Origin: Macrostomum lignano
Taxonomy: Eukaryota
Assembly (NCBI GenBank): GCA_002269645.1
Contig: NIVC01000200.1
Coordinates: 372,001-436,000, forward strand
Length of the DNA: 64,000 bases
Reading direction: 5' to 3'
Shown here: in pieces, positions 11,810-26,500 of the stretch
Layout: each line of letters starts with the position of its first letter
How positions within the stretch are numbered: position 1 is the first letter of the stretch
Position numbers and translations under genes: made by a program
Notes under the pieces: generated by a model
What the model was told of the DNA's origin: nothing
What the model saw: only the letters and a program-made list of their open reading frames with translations
Databases searched by the model: none

Positions 11810-12724
11810 GTAGACGAGGGAACTAAGAAGACAATACTGTTTTGAAACTGAACATCATCTTTTATGCGTATATACTACTTACTATAATCGACCTAAGTGA
11901 GGTAGTATCGGTTTAGAAAAAATTGACAAATCATTTCTTCGAAATCACAGGCATTGTGAAAATTTTGGCATTTTCTCATGGGTGACATTTGGCATATTTT
12001 TGCGATTGTTTTTTGTTTGTTTTGATCGTGCACTGCATCATGATTGATTAATTCAAGAACTTTTATCACTTTTTTCAACTATACGCTGTTATTAATCAGT
12101 AGCTAGAACTGTAAGACCCAACCGACCTTGGCTTGAATAAAAATATTTCCGACGAATGTTGCGTCATTTTCGTACACCTAATCGATATTAATAAGTAGTA
12201 GTAGTAGTAGCACACTGAAATCGTGTCGCGTCAATATGTTTTAAAAATGTTAATGACTACAATAACCCGATTATCAACGATCATTCGCTATGCGTCAATC
12301 TCTGTACAATTTGAATTGCTGTATATTCTTTTAAATCTTATCCGGAAAATTCATACCTACCAGTACATATACTATTAGTGTTTTGTCATTGCCTCAATCA
12401 GTGTAGATATGGTAAACGTCTCTAATTAAAGCAATAAAATTCGATCCCATTTTACATTATCAAAATCTACAACTAAAAAGAATAAGAAACAGCTGAGTTG
12501 AAGTCATTTGTTAATTTAAGACAACAAATCATTCATCTTCATCTTACTTAGATTGAGAAACTCTATAGCATGAAATTTTGAGTTTTATTATTATTACTAA
12601 TTTTAGTTTGGCTCGCGAGCCAGGAAGAATTAAATTGATTTTACAATTGACGTAGCACGATAAAAATCCTTTCTGACTAGGCTTTGGGTAACTGTTATTG
12701 GCTGTTAACTGTGATTCGGTTGGG

Positions 12725-14180
12725 TTCTTAAGGTGGTACAGGGGCGACTCTTCGCGCGGTTCAGAAGCGATTCGCGTGGTTCAGGGGCGACTCTTAGGTG
12801 GTTCAGGGGCGACTCTTAGGGTGGTTCAGGGGCGACTCTTAAGTGGTTCAGGGGCGACTCTTAGGGTGGTTCAGGGGCGATTTTTAGGGTATTTCAGGGG
12901 CGATTTTTAGGGTGGTTCAGGGGCGATTCTTAGGGTGGTTCAGGGCGATTCTTAGGGTGGTTCAGGGGCGATTTTTAGGGTGGTTCAGGGCGATTCTTAG
13001 GGTGGTTCAGGGGCGATTCTTGGGGTGGTTCAGGGGCGATTCTTGGGGTGGTTCAGGGGCGATTTTTAGGGTGGTTCAGGGGCGATTCTTAGGGTGGTTC
13101 AGGGGGGACTCTTAGGGTGGTTCAGGGGCGATTTTTAGGGTGGTTCAGGGGCGATTTTTAGGGTGGTTCAGGGGCCATTCTTAGGGTGGTTCAGGGGCGA
13201 TTCTTAGGGTGGTTCAGGGCGATTCTTAGGGTGGTTCAGGGGCGATTTTTAGGGTGGTTCAGGGGCGATTCTTAGGGTGGTTCAGGGGCGATTCTTAGGG
13301 TGGTTCAGGGCGATTCTTAGGGTGGTTCAGGGGCAATTCTTAGGGTGGTTCAGGGGCCATTCTTAGGGTGGTTCAGGGGCCATTCTTAGGGTGGTTCAGG
13401 GGCGATTCTTAGGGTTGTTCAGGGGCGATTCTTAGGGTGGTTCAGGGGCGATTCTTAGGGTGGTTCAGAGGCGACTCTTAGGGTGGTTCAGAGGCGCCTC
13501 TTAGGGTGGTTCAGGGGCCATTCTTAAAGTGGTTCAGGGGCCATTCTTAGGGTGGTTTAGGGCGATTCTTAGGGTGGTTCAGGGGCGATTTTTAGGGTGG
13601 TTCAGGGGCGATTCTTAGGGTGGTTCAGGGCGATTCTTAGGGTGGTTCAGGGGCGATTCTTAGGGTGGTTCAGGGGCGATTCTTAGGGTGGTTCAGGGGC
13701 GACTCTTAGGGTGGTTCAGGGGCGATTCTTGGGGTGGTTCAGGGGCGATTCTTGGGGTGGTTCAGGGGCCATTCTTAGGGTGGTTCAGGGGCGATTCTTA
13801 GGGTGGTTCAGGGGCCATTCTTAGGGTGGTTCAGGGGCGACTCAGCGTGGTTCAGGGGCAATTCTTAGGGTGGTTCAGGGGCCATTCTTAGGGTGGTTCA
13901 GGGGCCATTCTTAGGGTGGTTCAGGGGCGATTCTTAGGGTTGTTCAGGGGCGATTCTTAGGGTGGTTCAGGGGCGATTCTTAGGGTGGTTCAGAGGCGAC
14001 TCTTAGGGTGGTTCAGAGGCGCCTCTTAGGGTGGTTCAGAGGCGCCTCTTAGGGTGGTTCAGGGGCGACTCAGCGTGGTTCAGGGGCGACTCAGCGTGGT
14101 TCAGAGGCGACTCAGCGTGGTTCAGGGACGACTCTTAGGTGGTTTAGGGGCGATTCTTAGGGTGGTTCAGGGGCGATTCT
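12725..14180. repeat. 23-bp G-rich minisatellite (TTAGGGTGGTTCAGGGGCGATTC)n
   Basis: About 60 units between the convergent 3' ends of RING-NHL and GOSR2. Confidence 0.95.
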
Positions 14181-14581
14181 CGTGCGGACCGAATCGATTA
14201 TTAGAATATTGTGTTTATTATTCAATGAGAAAAGCGAACAAGGAATGATACATTTTCGCACCGTAATGAGTGACAATTGCTAATCAAATCAACAGTCAGA
14301 CAGACACGTTCAGAAGAAAACGAATATTTATTAAAACTAATTTTAATCAGTACGGCCCAACTCCAACAGCAGCATATTATGAATACTAATAGTACTTGTA
14401 ATAAAATCAATAATTACCTGCTCTAGTGACAGAAAGTATTTATTAAATAATTACTTCACCGTAGCCGCATACTGAGAGAATGCAATAAGTTAATCATAAA
14501 ATAGGGTTAGAATTCTTTGCATCATTCAAAACTCAATCTTACCAACTCTACTCATAGTAGTATGTAATAAAGTGCAGCTAT

Positions 14582-15995
14582 TTAGCTATAGTGCCGCCAC
14601 ACTAAAAACATAATCAACAGGGTGACAAAACAGCCAACAAAGAATAGAGCTTTGTCCTGCGACCCTCGGCGTTCAATTAGTCGCATCAGAGTGCCCGACA
14701 AGCCCAGGGTGTTAAGCACGCCCAGCATGCCGCGATGCGCTCGTTTCAGCATTGCCCGCTGATCGCCCAAATTGTCTAGCACTGACCGGCCCTGCGCTAG
14801 CATATCGTCTACTCGTTTATTAGCGGTATTTAAGCTGTCATTGTGAGCCAGTGAGCGATCGATTAGCACCGAAGTAGAGTCGTTTGGCGTAAATGAAGTA
14901 CGCAATAGAGCCTCGCGTTCGCGCTCCTCGTTCTCGCGGGCGACGCTGAAATTTCGGGTAGATAAGGCGTGGGATTGAATTATTAATCTAATCACCCACC
15001 CCATTTTAACTGTTTTATTGACCGCCAAGTACAACAGACAGAACCAACACCCACCCACTCCGCATGTTTATTACCCCACCAAGCCAAACTCAGACAGAAC
15101 CAATACCCACCCACTCCGCCTGTTTATTACCCCGCCAAGCCAAACTCAGACAGAACCAACACCCACCCACTCCGCCTGTTTATTACCCCACCAAGCCAAA
15201 CTCAGACAGAACCAACACCCACCCACTCCGCCCCCACTTCGCATGTTTATTACCCCACCAAGCCAAACTCAGACAGAACCAACACCCACCCACTCCGCCC
15301 CCACTTCGCATGTTTATTACCCCACCAAGCCAAACTCAGACAGAACCAACACCCACCCACTCCGCCTGTTTATTACCCCACCAAGCCAAACTCAGACAGA
15401 ACCAACACCCACCCACTCCGCCTGTTTATTACCCCACCAAACCAAACTCAGACAGAACCAACACCCACCCACTCTGCATGTTTATTACCCCGCCAAGCCA
15501 AACTCAGACAGAACCAACACCCACCCACTCCGCCCCCACTTCGCATGTTTATTACCCCGCCAAGCCAAACTGAGACAGAACCAACACCCACCCACTCCGC
15601 CTGTTTATTACCCCACCAAGCCAAACTCAGACAGAACCAACACCCACCCACTCCGCATGTTTATTACCCCACCAAGCCAGACTCAGACAGAACCAACACC
15701 CACTCCGCTCCGCTCACCGCCTATGCTGCAGTTGTCTCAGACTAGCCTGCAAATGCTGACAATCGTAACGAAATTGATCGGCACGCAATTTAGCCTGCTG
15801 CCTACGCACTGCCGGCTGTTTGCCAACAAGAATATCGAGCCTGTCGCATTCGGAACAGAATCGATCTATTAAGCATTGGGCCTCGCGTTCGGCGGTTGGG
15901 GCGGCGTCCTGTGGACTTTGTTCGACTCGTTGTAGGGCGGCTTCAATTTCTCGGATTAATCGAGACGTCTGTTGAAATTGCTGATCAATGCTCAT
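14582..15995 (-). CDS. GOSR2: Golgi SNAP receptor complex member 2 (membrin/GS27/Bos1), 213 aa, 2 exons
   Basis: Exons 15995-15718 and 14945-14582 (CG|gtgagc...tttcag|C). N-terminal helical domain (DRLDILVGKQP..RRQQAKLRADQFRYDCQHL), Qb SNARE (NKRVDDMLAQGRSVLDNLGDQRAMLK..LNTLGLSGTLMRLIERR) and C-terminal TM helix. Confidence 0.92.
15020..15712. repeat. 56-67-bp minisatellite filling the GOSR2 intron
   Basis: Unit CCCACCCACTCCGCCTGTTTATTACCCCACCAAGCCAAACTCAGACAGAACCAACA, about 12 copies, starting at the donor. Confidence 0.95.
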
Positions 15996-16719
15996 TTGGC
16001 GGGCTTCTTTTTTATCTGTCTAACAGAAATTTAACAATATAGTGTTGTTTAAGTTATATACATTAGTTTATACACTTAAGTATTCTAACTTCTACCCTAC
16101 TGGCTGCTGCTAATCATATGAAAAAAATAATAAACTCGTAAGCCACAATCCGTTCCAGAAAGAAAAAATCATAAACAGTAACTTGTATATTATATATTTA
16201 AGTTTCCCAGGCACCAAAAAACATCTCTTATTAGGAATAACATTTTTATGGTTAATTATAATTTTAAAACACACGGAAGAGAAACGAACAGTAATAGGCG
16301 AATGAACAATGCGATTTTAACCTGTCCAAGTTTTTTAATAAGATTAATTATTTATTACTTTGAGTAACGTAATAATAATAATAATGACGCCGACTAAACG
16401 TCTAAGGGGTAGATTATATAGCAAATAGATATTGAGAGTTGAGACTAAACAACACAACAATCAGCAAGACCAGTTCACAACAATAACAAACGACACAACG
16501 GAAATCAGTCAGTCTAGAACAAAAACAGTTAACTAAGTCTATTCCAATTTGTTTAAATCTCAGAATTCAACTGCACCTTTTTTACCTCCGTTTTCAAACA
16601 AAGATGGATGAACATTGTATTAAGGAATCAATTTACACATTGCTCCTTTAGCAGTTCAGACAGCCTAGATAAGCACCCATCCAACTCCGACAAGCTTAAA
16701 ATAGAGCAGAAAGAACAAC

Positions 16720-17420
16720 CCACCCCACTCCGCCTGTTTATTACTCCGCTCCGCCCCCCCCGCCAAGCCAAAATGAGGCTGAACCAACACCCACCTCCGC
16801 CTGTTTATTACTCTGCTCCGCCCCTCCGCCAAGCCAAAATGAGGCTGAACCAACACCCACCTCCGCCTGTTTATTACTCCGCTCCGCCCCCCCCGCCAAG
16901 CCAAACTGAGGCTGAACCAACACCCACCTCCGCCTGTTTATTACTCTGCTCCGCCCCTCCGCCAAGCCAAAATGAGGCTGAACCAACACCCACCTCCGCC
17001 TGTTTATTACTCTGCTCCGCCCCCCCCGCCAAGCCAAAATGAGGCTGAACCAACACCCACCTCCGCCTGTTTATTACTCCCCCCCGCCAAGCCAAAATGA
17101 GGCTGAACCAACACCCACCTCCGCCTGTTTATTACTCTGCTCCGCCCCCCCCCGCCAAGCCAAAATGAGGCTGAACCAACACCCACCTCCGCCTGTTTAT
17201 TACTCCGCTCCGCCAAGTCAAAATGAAGCTGAACCAACACCCACCTCCGCCTGTTTATTACTCCCCCCCGCCAAGCCAAAATGAGGCTGAACCAACACCC
17301 ACCTCCGCCTGTTTATTACTCCCCCCCGCCAAGCCAAAATGAGGCTGAACCAACACCCACCTCCGCCTGTTTATTACTCCCCCCCGCCAAGTCAAAATGA
17401 GGCTGAACAAACACCCACCG
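16720..17420. repeat. 58-67-bp minisatellite between SRP68 and GOSR2, related to the GOSR2 intron array
   Basis: Unit CCCACCTCCGCCTGTTTATTACTC..CCGCCAAGCCAAAATGAGGCTGAACCAACA, 11 copies. Confidence 0.95.
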
Positions 17421-17512
17421 AACTCCGCCTTTGAATTCCCAGCCGGGACGGAATCCAAATCCTACGCTTAAAGTTAGGGGTAAATAAAAGGTGCAATACC
17501 ACTTCTCTTTAA

Positions 17513-20500
17513 CTACTTCTTGCCACCCCAGGACAGCCAGCCTTTGACAAAGCCAGAGATGCCACCGCCGCCGCCGCTTTGAGCCGCTGGCGTCGCAGTC
17601 GCCGCTGCCGTTGAAGCCGCAGCCGCCTTACCGCCTTTAGCCTCTCTGGGCAGCTTGTCAGTCAAGTCCGGACACTGCACATGGTTCAAAGCCAAATCGA
17701 AGAATATCGGCTTAGCCGGCGTGGGCACAAACTCCGGCGGCAAAGTGATCAGCTGAGGCACTGCAGTTTGACGCTTCGACGATGATGTCGATTTAGACGA
17801 GGCCCCGGCCTGCAGTTCGGCGAAGTCAAACTGACCGTCGGTTTCGCCGACGTTGGCATCCTCAGTAGATAGCAGAGCGGCAGCCCGACACGAGTACTGA
17901 TCGCCTTCGGCTTTGCGAGCCAATTCTTCGGCAGCTTCCTGCTCTTCGGCTGTGAGAGCGCCCCGAGCATCTCGAGCCTGCTTGCAGTAGCGAAGGCAGC
18001 GCTGCAGCAGGGCCAGGCATTCCGGCAGTCGTTTGGCCGCAAAATGAGCCCGCGACAGCTGGTGGCATTTGTGAGCCCGGTAGAGCGCCAGCTGGGCCGC
18101 CAGCTCAGCCTGGGTAGCTCTGTCTCCCGCCTGCGGATTTAGGAGAGAGGATGAGGATCTGGGAGGCTGGCCCAGCAACTGAGAATCTGGGAGGCTGGCC
18201 CAGCAACTGAGAATCTGGGAGGCTGGCCCGGCAATTGAGGATCTGGGAGGCTGGCCCAGCAACTGAGGATCTGGGAGGCTGGCCCAGCAACTGAGGATCT
18301 GGGAGGCTGGCCCAGCAACTGAGGATCTGGGAGGCTGGCCCAGCAACTGAGGATCTGGGAGGCTGGCCCAGCAACTGAGGATCTGGGAGGGTGTAGTAAA
18401 AGAATATTTTATCTGTCGAGCATAGAGACGCAGCGATATCTTTAATAGTTATGAGGGCCAGATAAAATGAAAGACACAAGTCTACAAAAAACTAATCGTA
18501 CTTTGAACTCACCTGGCACAGCTGCTGCAGATCTGCCAGCGTCTGCGTCACCGCCTCGTACAGCCTGGCCAACTCTGTGGGCTTCCTGCCGCTGCCGGCA
18601 GCCAGCAGCAGATTGCGTCTAATTGTTGCGCGCAGTTTCGTGTGCGCCACCCAGGCTTGCAGCCGGGGCTCCGACTGGGCTTCGCGTACGCCTTCGCCGG
18701 CGCGTTTGATCAGGCTTTCCTGGAATCATGAGTAATAATTAATAAACGCGGTCATTATTTTAGTGCGCTAAATTGTAATCCAAAAGCACATGAATAATTG
18801 CGAGTTTTGGAAAACCCGAAAAATGAAAGATCTTAAAGGTCCACACTACTGAAGGTCCGGGATATAAGTACTTGAAAGACCCAAAAGTTTTTTAAATGAA
18901 CCCAAAGGTCCTTCAAAAGATCCCAAATAGATCAAAGACCCCGTAAAAGACCCTAAAATTTCTATATAAGATCATAAAAATCCTATAAAAGATCATAAAG
19001 GTTCCATAAAAGATCCCAAATACCGCATAAAAGGTCCTAAATATCCCATAAAAGATCTCAAATATTCTATAAAAGATTCCAAAGGTCCCATACAAGATCC
19101 CAAAGGTCATATAAAACACCCTAAAGGTCATATAAAACATCTTAAAGGTCATACACAATATCCTAAATATCCAATAAAAGATCCTAAAGGTCAAATAAAA
19201 GATAAAAGATAATAAAAGATAAAGGTCTATAAAAGATCCCAAATGCCATATACAAGATCCAAAAGGTCCCATAAAGGATCCTAAATATCCCATAAAAGAT
19301 CCGAAAGGTCAAATAAAAGATCCCAAAGGTCCCATAAAAGATCCCAAATATCCCATAAAAGGTCCTAAATGTCCCATAAAAGGTCCCAAATATCCCATAA
19401 AAGATCCCAAATATCCCATAAAAGATCCCAAAGGTTCCATAAAAGATCCCAAAGGTCATATAAAAGCCGCTACAAGCCAACCTGAATGCTAATCTGAGCC
19501 TCATCAGTCTCAGCTTTATCAGCCTCCAATCGCAGCTCCTCCAAAGCAGCCACCAGAGCTCGCAGCTTTGGCGGCCTCACCAGCACAGTTTCACCCTGCC
19601 ACACAACTTCGCACACAGCCCGACTATCTGATCGCGTCTGCGCCAGCAAGCTGTCAATCTCGTCGCTAGCACCGTCGTCGCCGCCAATCTGGCGCAGTCG
19701 CATCGCTCGCAGATCTTCAACAGCCGTCGCGTCGCCAATATTGTAGGCGCAATAGCGCAATTGGGGACGCAGCTCGTCAGCTTTAGCCGTGTACACCGCC
19801 GCGTCTTCTGGCAGTTGATGCGCTGCGCCGGCCAGGCTGGTGTACAGGTCAACTGCGCCTTGCAGATGAGCACCGGCCTCCGGCCATTTCTCTAGCTCGA
19901 ATAACAGGGTGCCTTGCATAGCGGCTAGATAGGCCTGTATGTGTGAGATTATCCGTGTGGATTAATTTATGATAGTTCATTTTAAACATCTCTTTGATCC
20001 CATATTCCATTAAATCCCATTCATTTTAAAATCCCTTTGATCCCATATTTCATTAAATCCCATTCATTTTAAAATCCCTAAGTTTGATCCCATATTCCAT
20101 TAAATCCCGTTCATTTTAAAATCCCTTTGATCTCATATTCCATTAAATCCCGTTCATTTTAAAATCCCTTTGATCTCATATTCCATTAAATCCCGTTCAT
20201 TTTAAAATCCCTTTGATCCCATATTCCATTAAATCCATTTACTTTAAAATGCCTTTGATCCTCTATTTAATTAAATCCTATTCATTTAAAATCCCTTAGA
20301 TCCCATATTCCATTAAATCCCATTCACTTTAAAATCCCTTAGATCCCATATTCCATTAAATCCCATTCACTTTAAAATCCCTTAGATCTCATTCATTTTA
20401 AAAATCCCTTTGATCCCATATTCTATTAAATCCCATTCACTTTAAAATCCCTTAGATCTCATTCATTTTAAAAATCCCTTTGATCCCATATTCCATTAAA

Positions 20501-23500
20501 TCCCATTCACTTTAAAATCCCTTTGATCTCATATTCCATTAAATCCCATTTACTTTAAAATGCCTTTGATCCTCTATTTAATTAAATCCTATTCATTTAA
20601 AATCCCTTTGATCCCATATTCTATTAAATCCCATTCATTTTAAAATCCCTTTGATCCCATATTCCATTAAATCCCATTTACTTTAAAATGCCTTTGATCC
20701 TCTATTTAATTAAATCCTATTCATTTAAAATCCTTTTTGATCCCATATTCCATTAAATCCCATTTACTTTAAAATGCCTTTGATCCCATATTCCATTAAA
20801 TCCATTTACTTTAAAATGCCTTTGATCCTCTATTTAATTAAATCCTATTCATTTAAAATCCCTTAGATCCCATATTCCATTAAATCCCATTCACTTTAAA
20901 ATCCCTTAGATCCCATATTCCATTAAATCCCATTCACTTTAAAATCCCTTAGATCTCATTCATTTTAAAAATCCCTTTGATCCCATATCCTATTAAATCC
21001 CATTCACTTTAAAATCCCTTAGATCTCATTCATTTTAAAATCCCTTTGATCTCATATTCCATTAAATCCCATTTACTTTAAAATGCCTTTGATCCTCTAT
21101 TTAATTAAATCCTATTCATTTAAAATCCTTTTTGATCCCATATTCCATTAAATCCCAATTTATTTTAAATCCCTAAAATCCAATATTCCTTCAAATCCCA
21201 CACATTATACGCAGAATAGCCTACCTGAGCCTCCAATTTAGTCTTGGCATCAGCTTTAGCGGCGCACAGCGTCTCCAACAAATTGGCATGCTGGGCGGCC
21301 TTCTTTAACTTTGAGAATTGGCTAAACTTTTTCCTCTGATCAGTGTTAGCCTCGGATTTCAATTGCATAGCGTAGGCCCACAGTCGTTCAGCTTCGAATA
21401 GAGGAATTTGTAGGCACCGATCGAACTTGATAGCTTCCGGGGTCAGCGGTTTCCGGTGGACTTTACGCCGATCCCCGGCTGGCAGTTTCAATGATTTTCG
21501 TAGGCGAGCAAGACGGCGACTGCAGTATTGACGGTAGCGCTGGTAGTCGCCGTGTCGTAGACCGTGCTGTTGCTGGGCATCGCGAACTGTGGCCAGGACT
21601 TGAGGGCAGAGGGGAGGTGGGTGGATTTTGTGCGTATAATAGGGGGGCTTTCTATATGTGGTCTCCTTTCTTGACAACCCATAAGTTACAACTTTCAAAA
21701 CTTCACAACCTGGAAATGGAATCTTCAACATCCTGGAATCTTTATCACCTAAAATCTTTACAACTTGGAATCTTCAAAACTTGAAGCCTTCACAACTTGG
21801 AATCATCGCAACCTGGAATCCTCACAACTCGGAATCCTCACAACTTGGAATCTTCCTAACCTGGAATCTTCTTAACTTGGAAACTTCTCAACCTGGAATC
21901 TTCAAAACTTGGATTGGAATCTTTACAACTTGGAATCTTCATAACTTGGATTGGAATCTCCACAACTTGGAATCTTCATATCTTGGATTGGAATCTTTAC
22001 AACTTGGATTGGAATCTTTACAACTTGGAATCTTCATAACTTGGATTGGAATCTCCACAACTTGGAATCTTCATATCTTGGATTGGAATCTTTACAACTT
22101 GGATTGGAATCTTTACAACTTGGAATCTTCATAACTTGGATTGGAATCTCCACAACTTGGAATCTTCATAACTTGGATTGGAATCTTCACAACTTGGAAT
22201 CTTCATAACTTGGATTGGAATCTTCACAACTTGGAATCTTCATAACTTGGAATATTCACAACTTGGAGTCTTCATAACTTGGATTGGAATCTTTACAACT
22301 TGGAATCTTCATAACTTGGAATATTCACAACTTGGAATCTTCATAACTTGGATTGGAATCTTTACAACTTGGAATCTTCATAACTTGGAATATCCACAAC
22401 TTGAAATCTTCATAACTTGGATTGGAATCTTTACAACTTGGATTGGAATCTTTACAACTTGGATTGGAATCTTTACAACTTGGAATCTTCATAACTTGGA
22501 TTGGAATCTCCACAACTTGGAATCTTCATAACTTGGATTGGAATCTTTACAACTTGGATTGGAATCTCCACAACTTGGAATCTTCATAACTTGGATTGGA
22601 ATCTTTATAACTTGGATTGGAATCTTCACAACTTGGAATCTTCTTAACTTGGATTCGAATCTTTACAACTTGGAATCTTCATAACTTGGATTGGAATCTT
22701 CACAACTTGGAATCTTCATAACTTGGATTGGAATCTTCACAACTTGGAATCTTCATAACTTGGATTGGAATATTCACAACTTGGAATCTTCATAACTTGG
22801 ATTGGAATCTTTACAACTTGGAATCTTCATAACTTGGAATATTCACAACTTGGAATCTTCATAACTTGGATTGGAATCTTTACAACTTGGAATCTTCATA
22901 ACTTGGATTGGAATCTTTACAACTTGGAATCTTCATAACTTGGAATCTTCATAACTTGGATTGGAATCTCCACAACTTGGAATCTTCATAACTTGGATTG
23001 GAATCTTTATAACTTGGATTGGAATCTTCACAACTTGGAATCTTCTTAACTTGGATTGGAATCTTTACAACTTGGAATCTTCATAACTTGGATTGGAATC
23101 TCCACAACTTGGAATCTTCATAACTTGGATTGGAATCTTTACAACTTGGAATCTTCATAACTTGGATTGGAATCTCCACAACTTGGAATCTTCATAACTT
23201 GGATTGGAATCTTTACAACTTGGAATCTTCATAACTTGGATTGGAATCTTCACAACTTGGAATCTTCATAACTTGGATTGGAATATTCACAGCTTGGAAT
23301 CTTCTTAACTTGGAATATTCATAACTTGGAATCTTCATAACTTGGAATATTCACAACTTGAAATCTTCATACTTGGATTGGAATCTTTACAACTTGGAAT
23401 CTTCATAACTTGGAATATCCACAACTTGGAATCTTCATAACTTGGATTGGAATCTTCACAACTTGGAATCTTCATAACTTGGATTGGAATCTTCACAACT

Positions 23501-26500
23501 TGGAATCTTCATAACTTGGATTGGAATCTTCACAACTTGGAATCTTCATAACTTGGAATATTCACAACTTGGAATCTTTATAACTTGGATTGGAATCTTT
23601 ACAACTTGGAATCTTCATAACTTGGAATATTCACAACTTGGAATCTTCATAACTTGGATTGGAATCTTTACAACTTGGAATCTTCATAACTTGGATTGGA
23701 ATCTCCACAACTTGTAATCTTCATAACTTGGATTGGAATCTTTACAACTTGGATTGGAATCTCCACAACTTGGAATCTTCATAACTTGGATTGGAATCTC
23801 CACAACTTGGAATCTTCATAACTTGGAATATTCACAACTTGAAATCTTCATAACTTGGATTGGAATATTCACAACTTGGAATCTTCATAACTTGGAATAT
23901 TCACAACTTGAAATCTTCATAACTTGGATTGGAATATTCACAACTTGGAATCTTCATAACTTGGATTGGAATCTTCAAAACTTGGAATCTTCATAACTTG
24001 GAATATTCACAACTTGGAATCTTCATAACTTGGAATATTCACAACTTGGAATCTTCATAACTTGGAATATTCACAACTTGAAATCTTCATAACTTGGATT
24101 GGAATATTCACAACTTGGAATCTTCATAACTTGGATTGGAATCTTCACAACTTAGAATCTTTACACTTGTAGATGAAGTCTTCACAACTTGAAATCTTCA
24201 CAAATTGGAATCCTCACAACTTTGAATCCTCACAACTTGGATGAAATCTTTACAACTGGAAATCTTCACAACTTGAAATCTTCACAGATTGGAATCCTCA
24301 CAACTTTGAATCCTCACAACTTTGAATCCTCACAACTTGGATGAAATCTTTACAACTGGAAATCTTCACAACTTGAAATCTTCACAGATTTCAAGTGAAG
24401 ATTCTTCACAACTTGGAATCTTCTCAGCTTGGAATCTTTATAACTCAATCTTCACAACCTAGAATCTTTACATCTTAGAAACTTAACAACTTGGATGGAA
24501 TCTTCACAACTTGGAAAATTCACAAACTGGAATCTTTACAACTTATAAACTGCACAAATAGGATTTTTTGGGCAAGTGGCCCAAAAATCCCTACCCAAAA
24601 AAACAAACATAGTAATAATTAGATGACAAGGCATTTAGCCTTAATAATATAGTCAATGAGCATCTATGAGCATCTTAATATATATTATATATTAGATATG
24701 TATATATATAGTACCTGAAACCTACAATTATAATTTTGAAGCTATTGCATTTTAGTAAAGTATTTGCCCTTTTGATAACAGTTGGGCCTAATTTTAACAA
24801 TAAAAAGTTAAAAATTAAATTTTATTTAATGTTAACTTAAACTAATTCTTTTTAAAATCAATTCAATACATCTCTACCTATAAAAATCAAAACTCTGTGT
24901 GTCTGTCTGTGTGTGGACAATTTTGATCGCTATGGACTCCCAAACCGCTCAACCAAATGACACCAAACTTTACACCCACCCTAAACTTACTACGGAGAAT
25001 GTCTTAGGCTACCTTTAAATTTCCTAGACTCAAGTCTTCCTACCTAAAAGTACAAAAAACTGCTCAAAATGCGCGATTTTTTCATTTATTATATATTATA
25101 TTATATACTTTATAAGGTTTATTTAGAAATATTTTTATATTTATTACACTGATCTATAAATAAAAAACTGAATATGATTCTATTAAATAACAAGTTATAT
25201 AACAATTTCTAATTTTAAGTTAAAGATTAAGTTAAGGTTAAATTATTGCCTTTAATCAGGAAACTCTCAATAACTTTTAATATACTAAATCATATTTATC
25301 ACTCCTCTATGGTCTTATCTAGAATAGAATTTTTGCATGGCAATTTTAAAATAGAAGTTTTTTGGCACTTTAATTTCTTGAGCAACTTTTATAGGTTTTT
25401 CCATATAAAGTTAAAGTGAATACCTAAAATTATTTTAATATTCTTTTTTCAATACTAATATACTGTTCAGTAGAAAACTTTTATTATAACTTTACTATGA
25501 TGCAAAAACTTTTTGCTATAATGAGTTACAATAATATTGTTAATTAGGGGGCAGACAAGATTCTTGATCTTGAATTGTCAAGATCTTGGCACTTTTTAAA
25601 TCTTGATCTCTTTTTAAAATTTTAAATAAAAGTCAAGATATTTGACTTAATGATTAATGCTAAGTATGATGTTATCATATTTATATTTGATATATCAACT
25701 TACTAACAAGCTTAATATTATAAAACAATTGTTTTTTCTTTTATTATTATCATGGTATATATTTAACAAATGACAATATTAACATAATAGATAGAGTAAT
25801 ACAAATAGGCCTACTAGATGCTAATTAAATGAGGCTTTATCTTAAATCTTTATTGAATTTTAATTGCCTCAAAAGTACTAGATTTCAAGTCCCAAAAATA
25901 TGATATTGTCTAATCCTTATTGCTAATATAGACCATTTTCAAATAAAGTCAAGCAATTTTTGCATAAAAAAACTTGGTATAAAAATCATTGAGAATTGAA
26001 TAAATTTGCCTAAAATGTTTGCAAGTTAGTGTGCATAAAATAGATTTAGGATTTTATATAAAAATTCTATCTAAATTGAGGCCTTGCTAAGCTAAACTAA
26101 GGCAAAACCAACAATCAAATTAAGAGAAAGAAATTAGACATTAGCCAATGTGAAAATAGTGTAAAGTATGCTAATTATTGTTATAGTTTTCCTGTAAATT
26201 TTAACTCACTTAAAGCCTAAGACTGAGTTTTGCAAATATTGTTGCAATGGTTTGGCTATTCAGTATTCTGGTTGTATTACTATTAGAGTTGTTTTTAATT
26301 AATACACTAATAATAGATAAAAGATAAAAAGTTAAAAAAATATTATACTAGGCTACTAGGTATAGGCCTAATATTTGGTTAAGACATAAGTTAAAGCTAT
26401 ATTATTTGTGAACAGTATTTTTTATCATTATGACTTCACTTATTTTATAGCCTTGACAAAAAGTAAAAACAAAATATAACAAACAAAACAAAACAAAAGC

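Noticed and set aside
12710-14200. GATTCGGT / ACCGAATC as possible TIRs around the G-rich array
   Set aside because: Only 8 bp and no target-site duplication.
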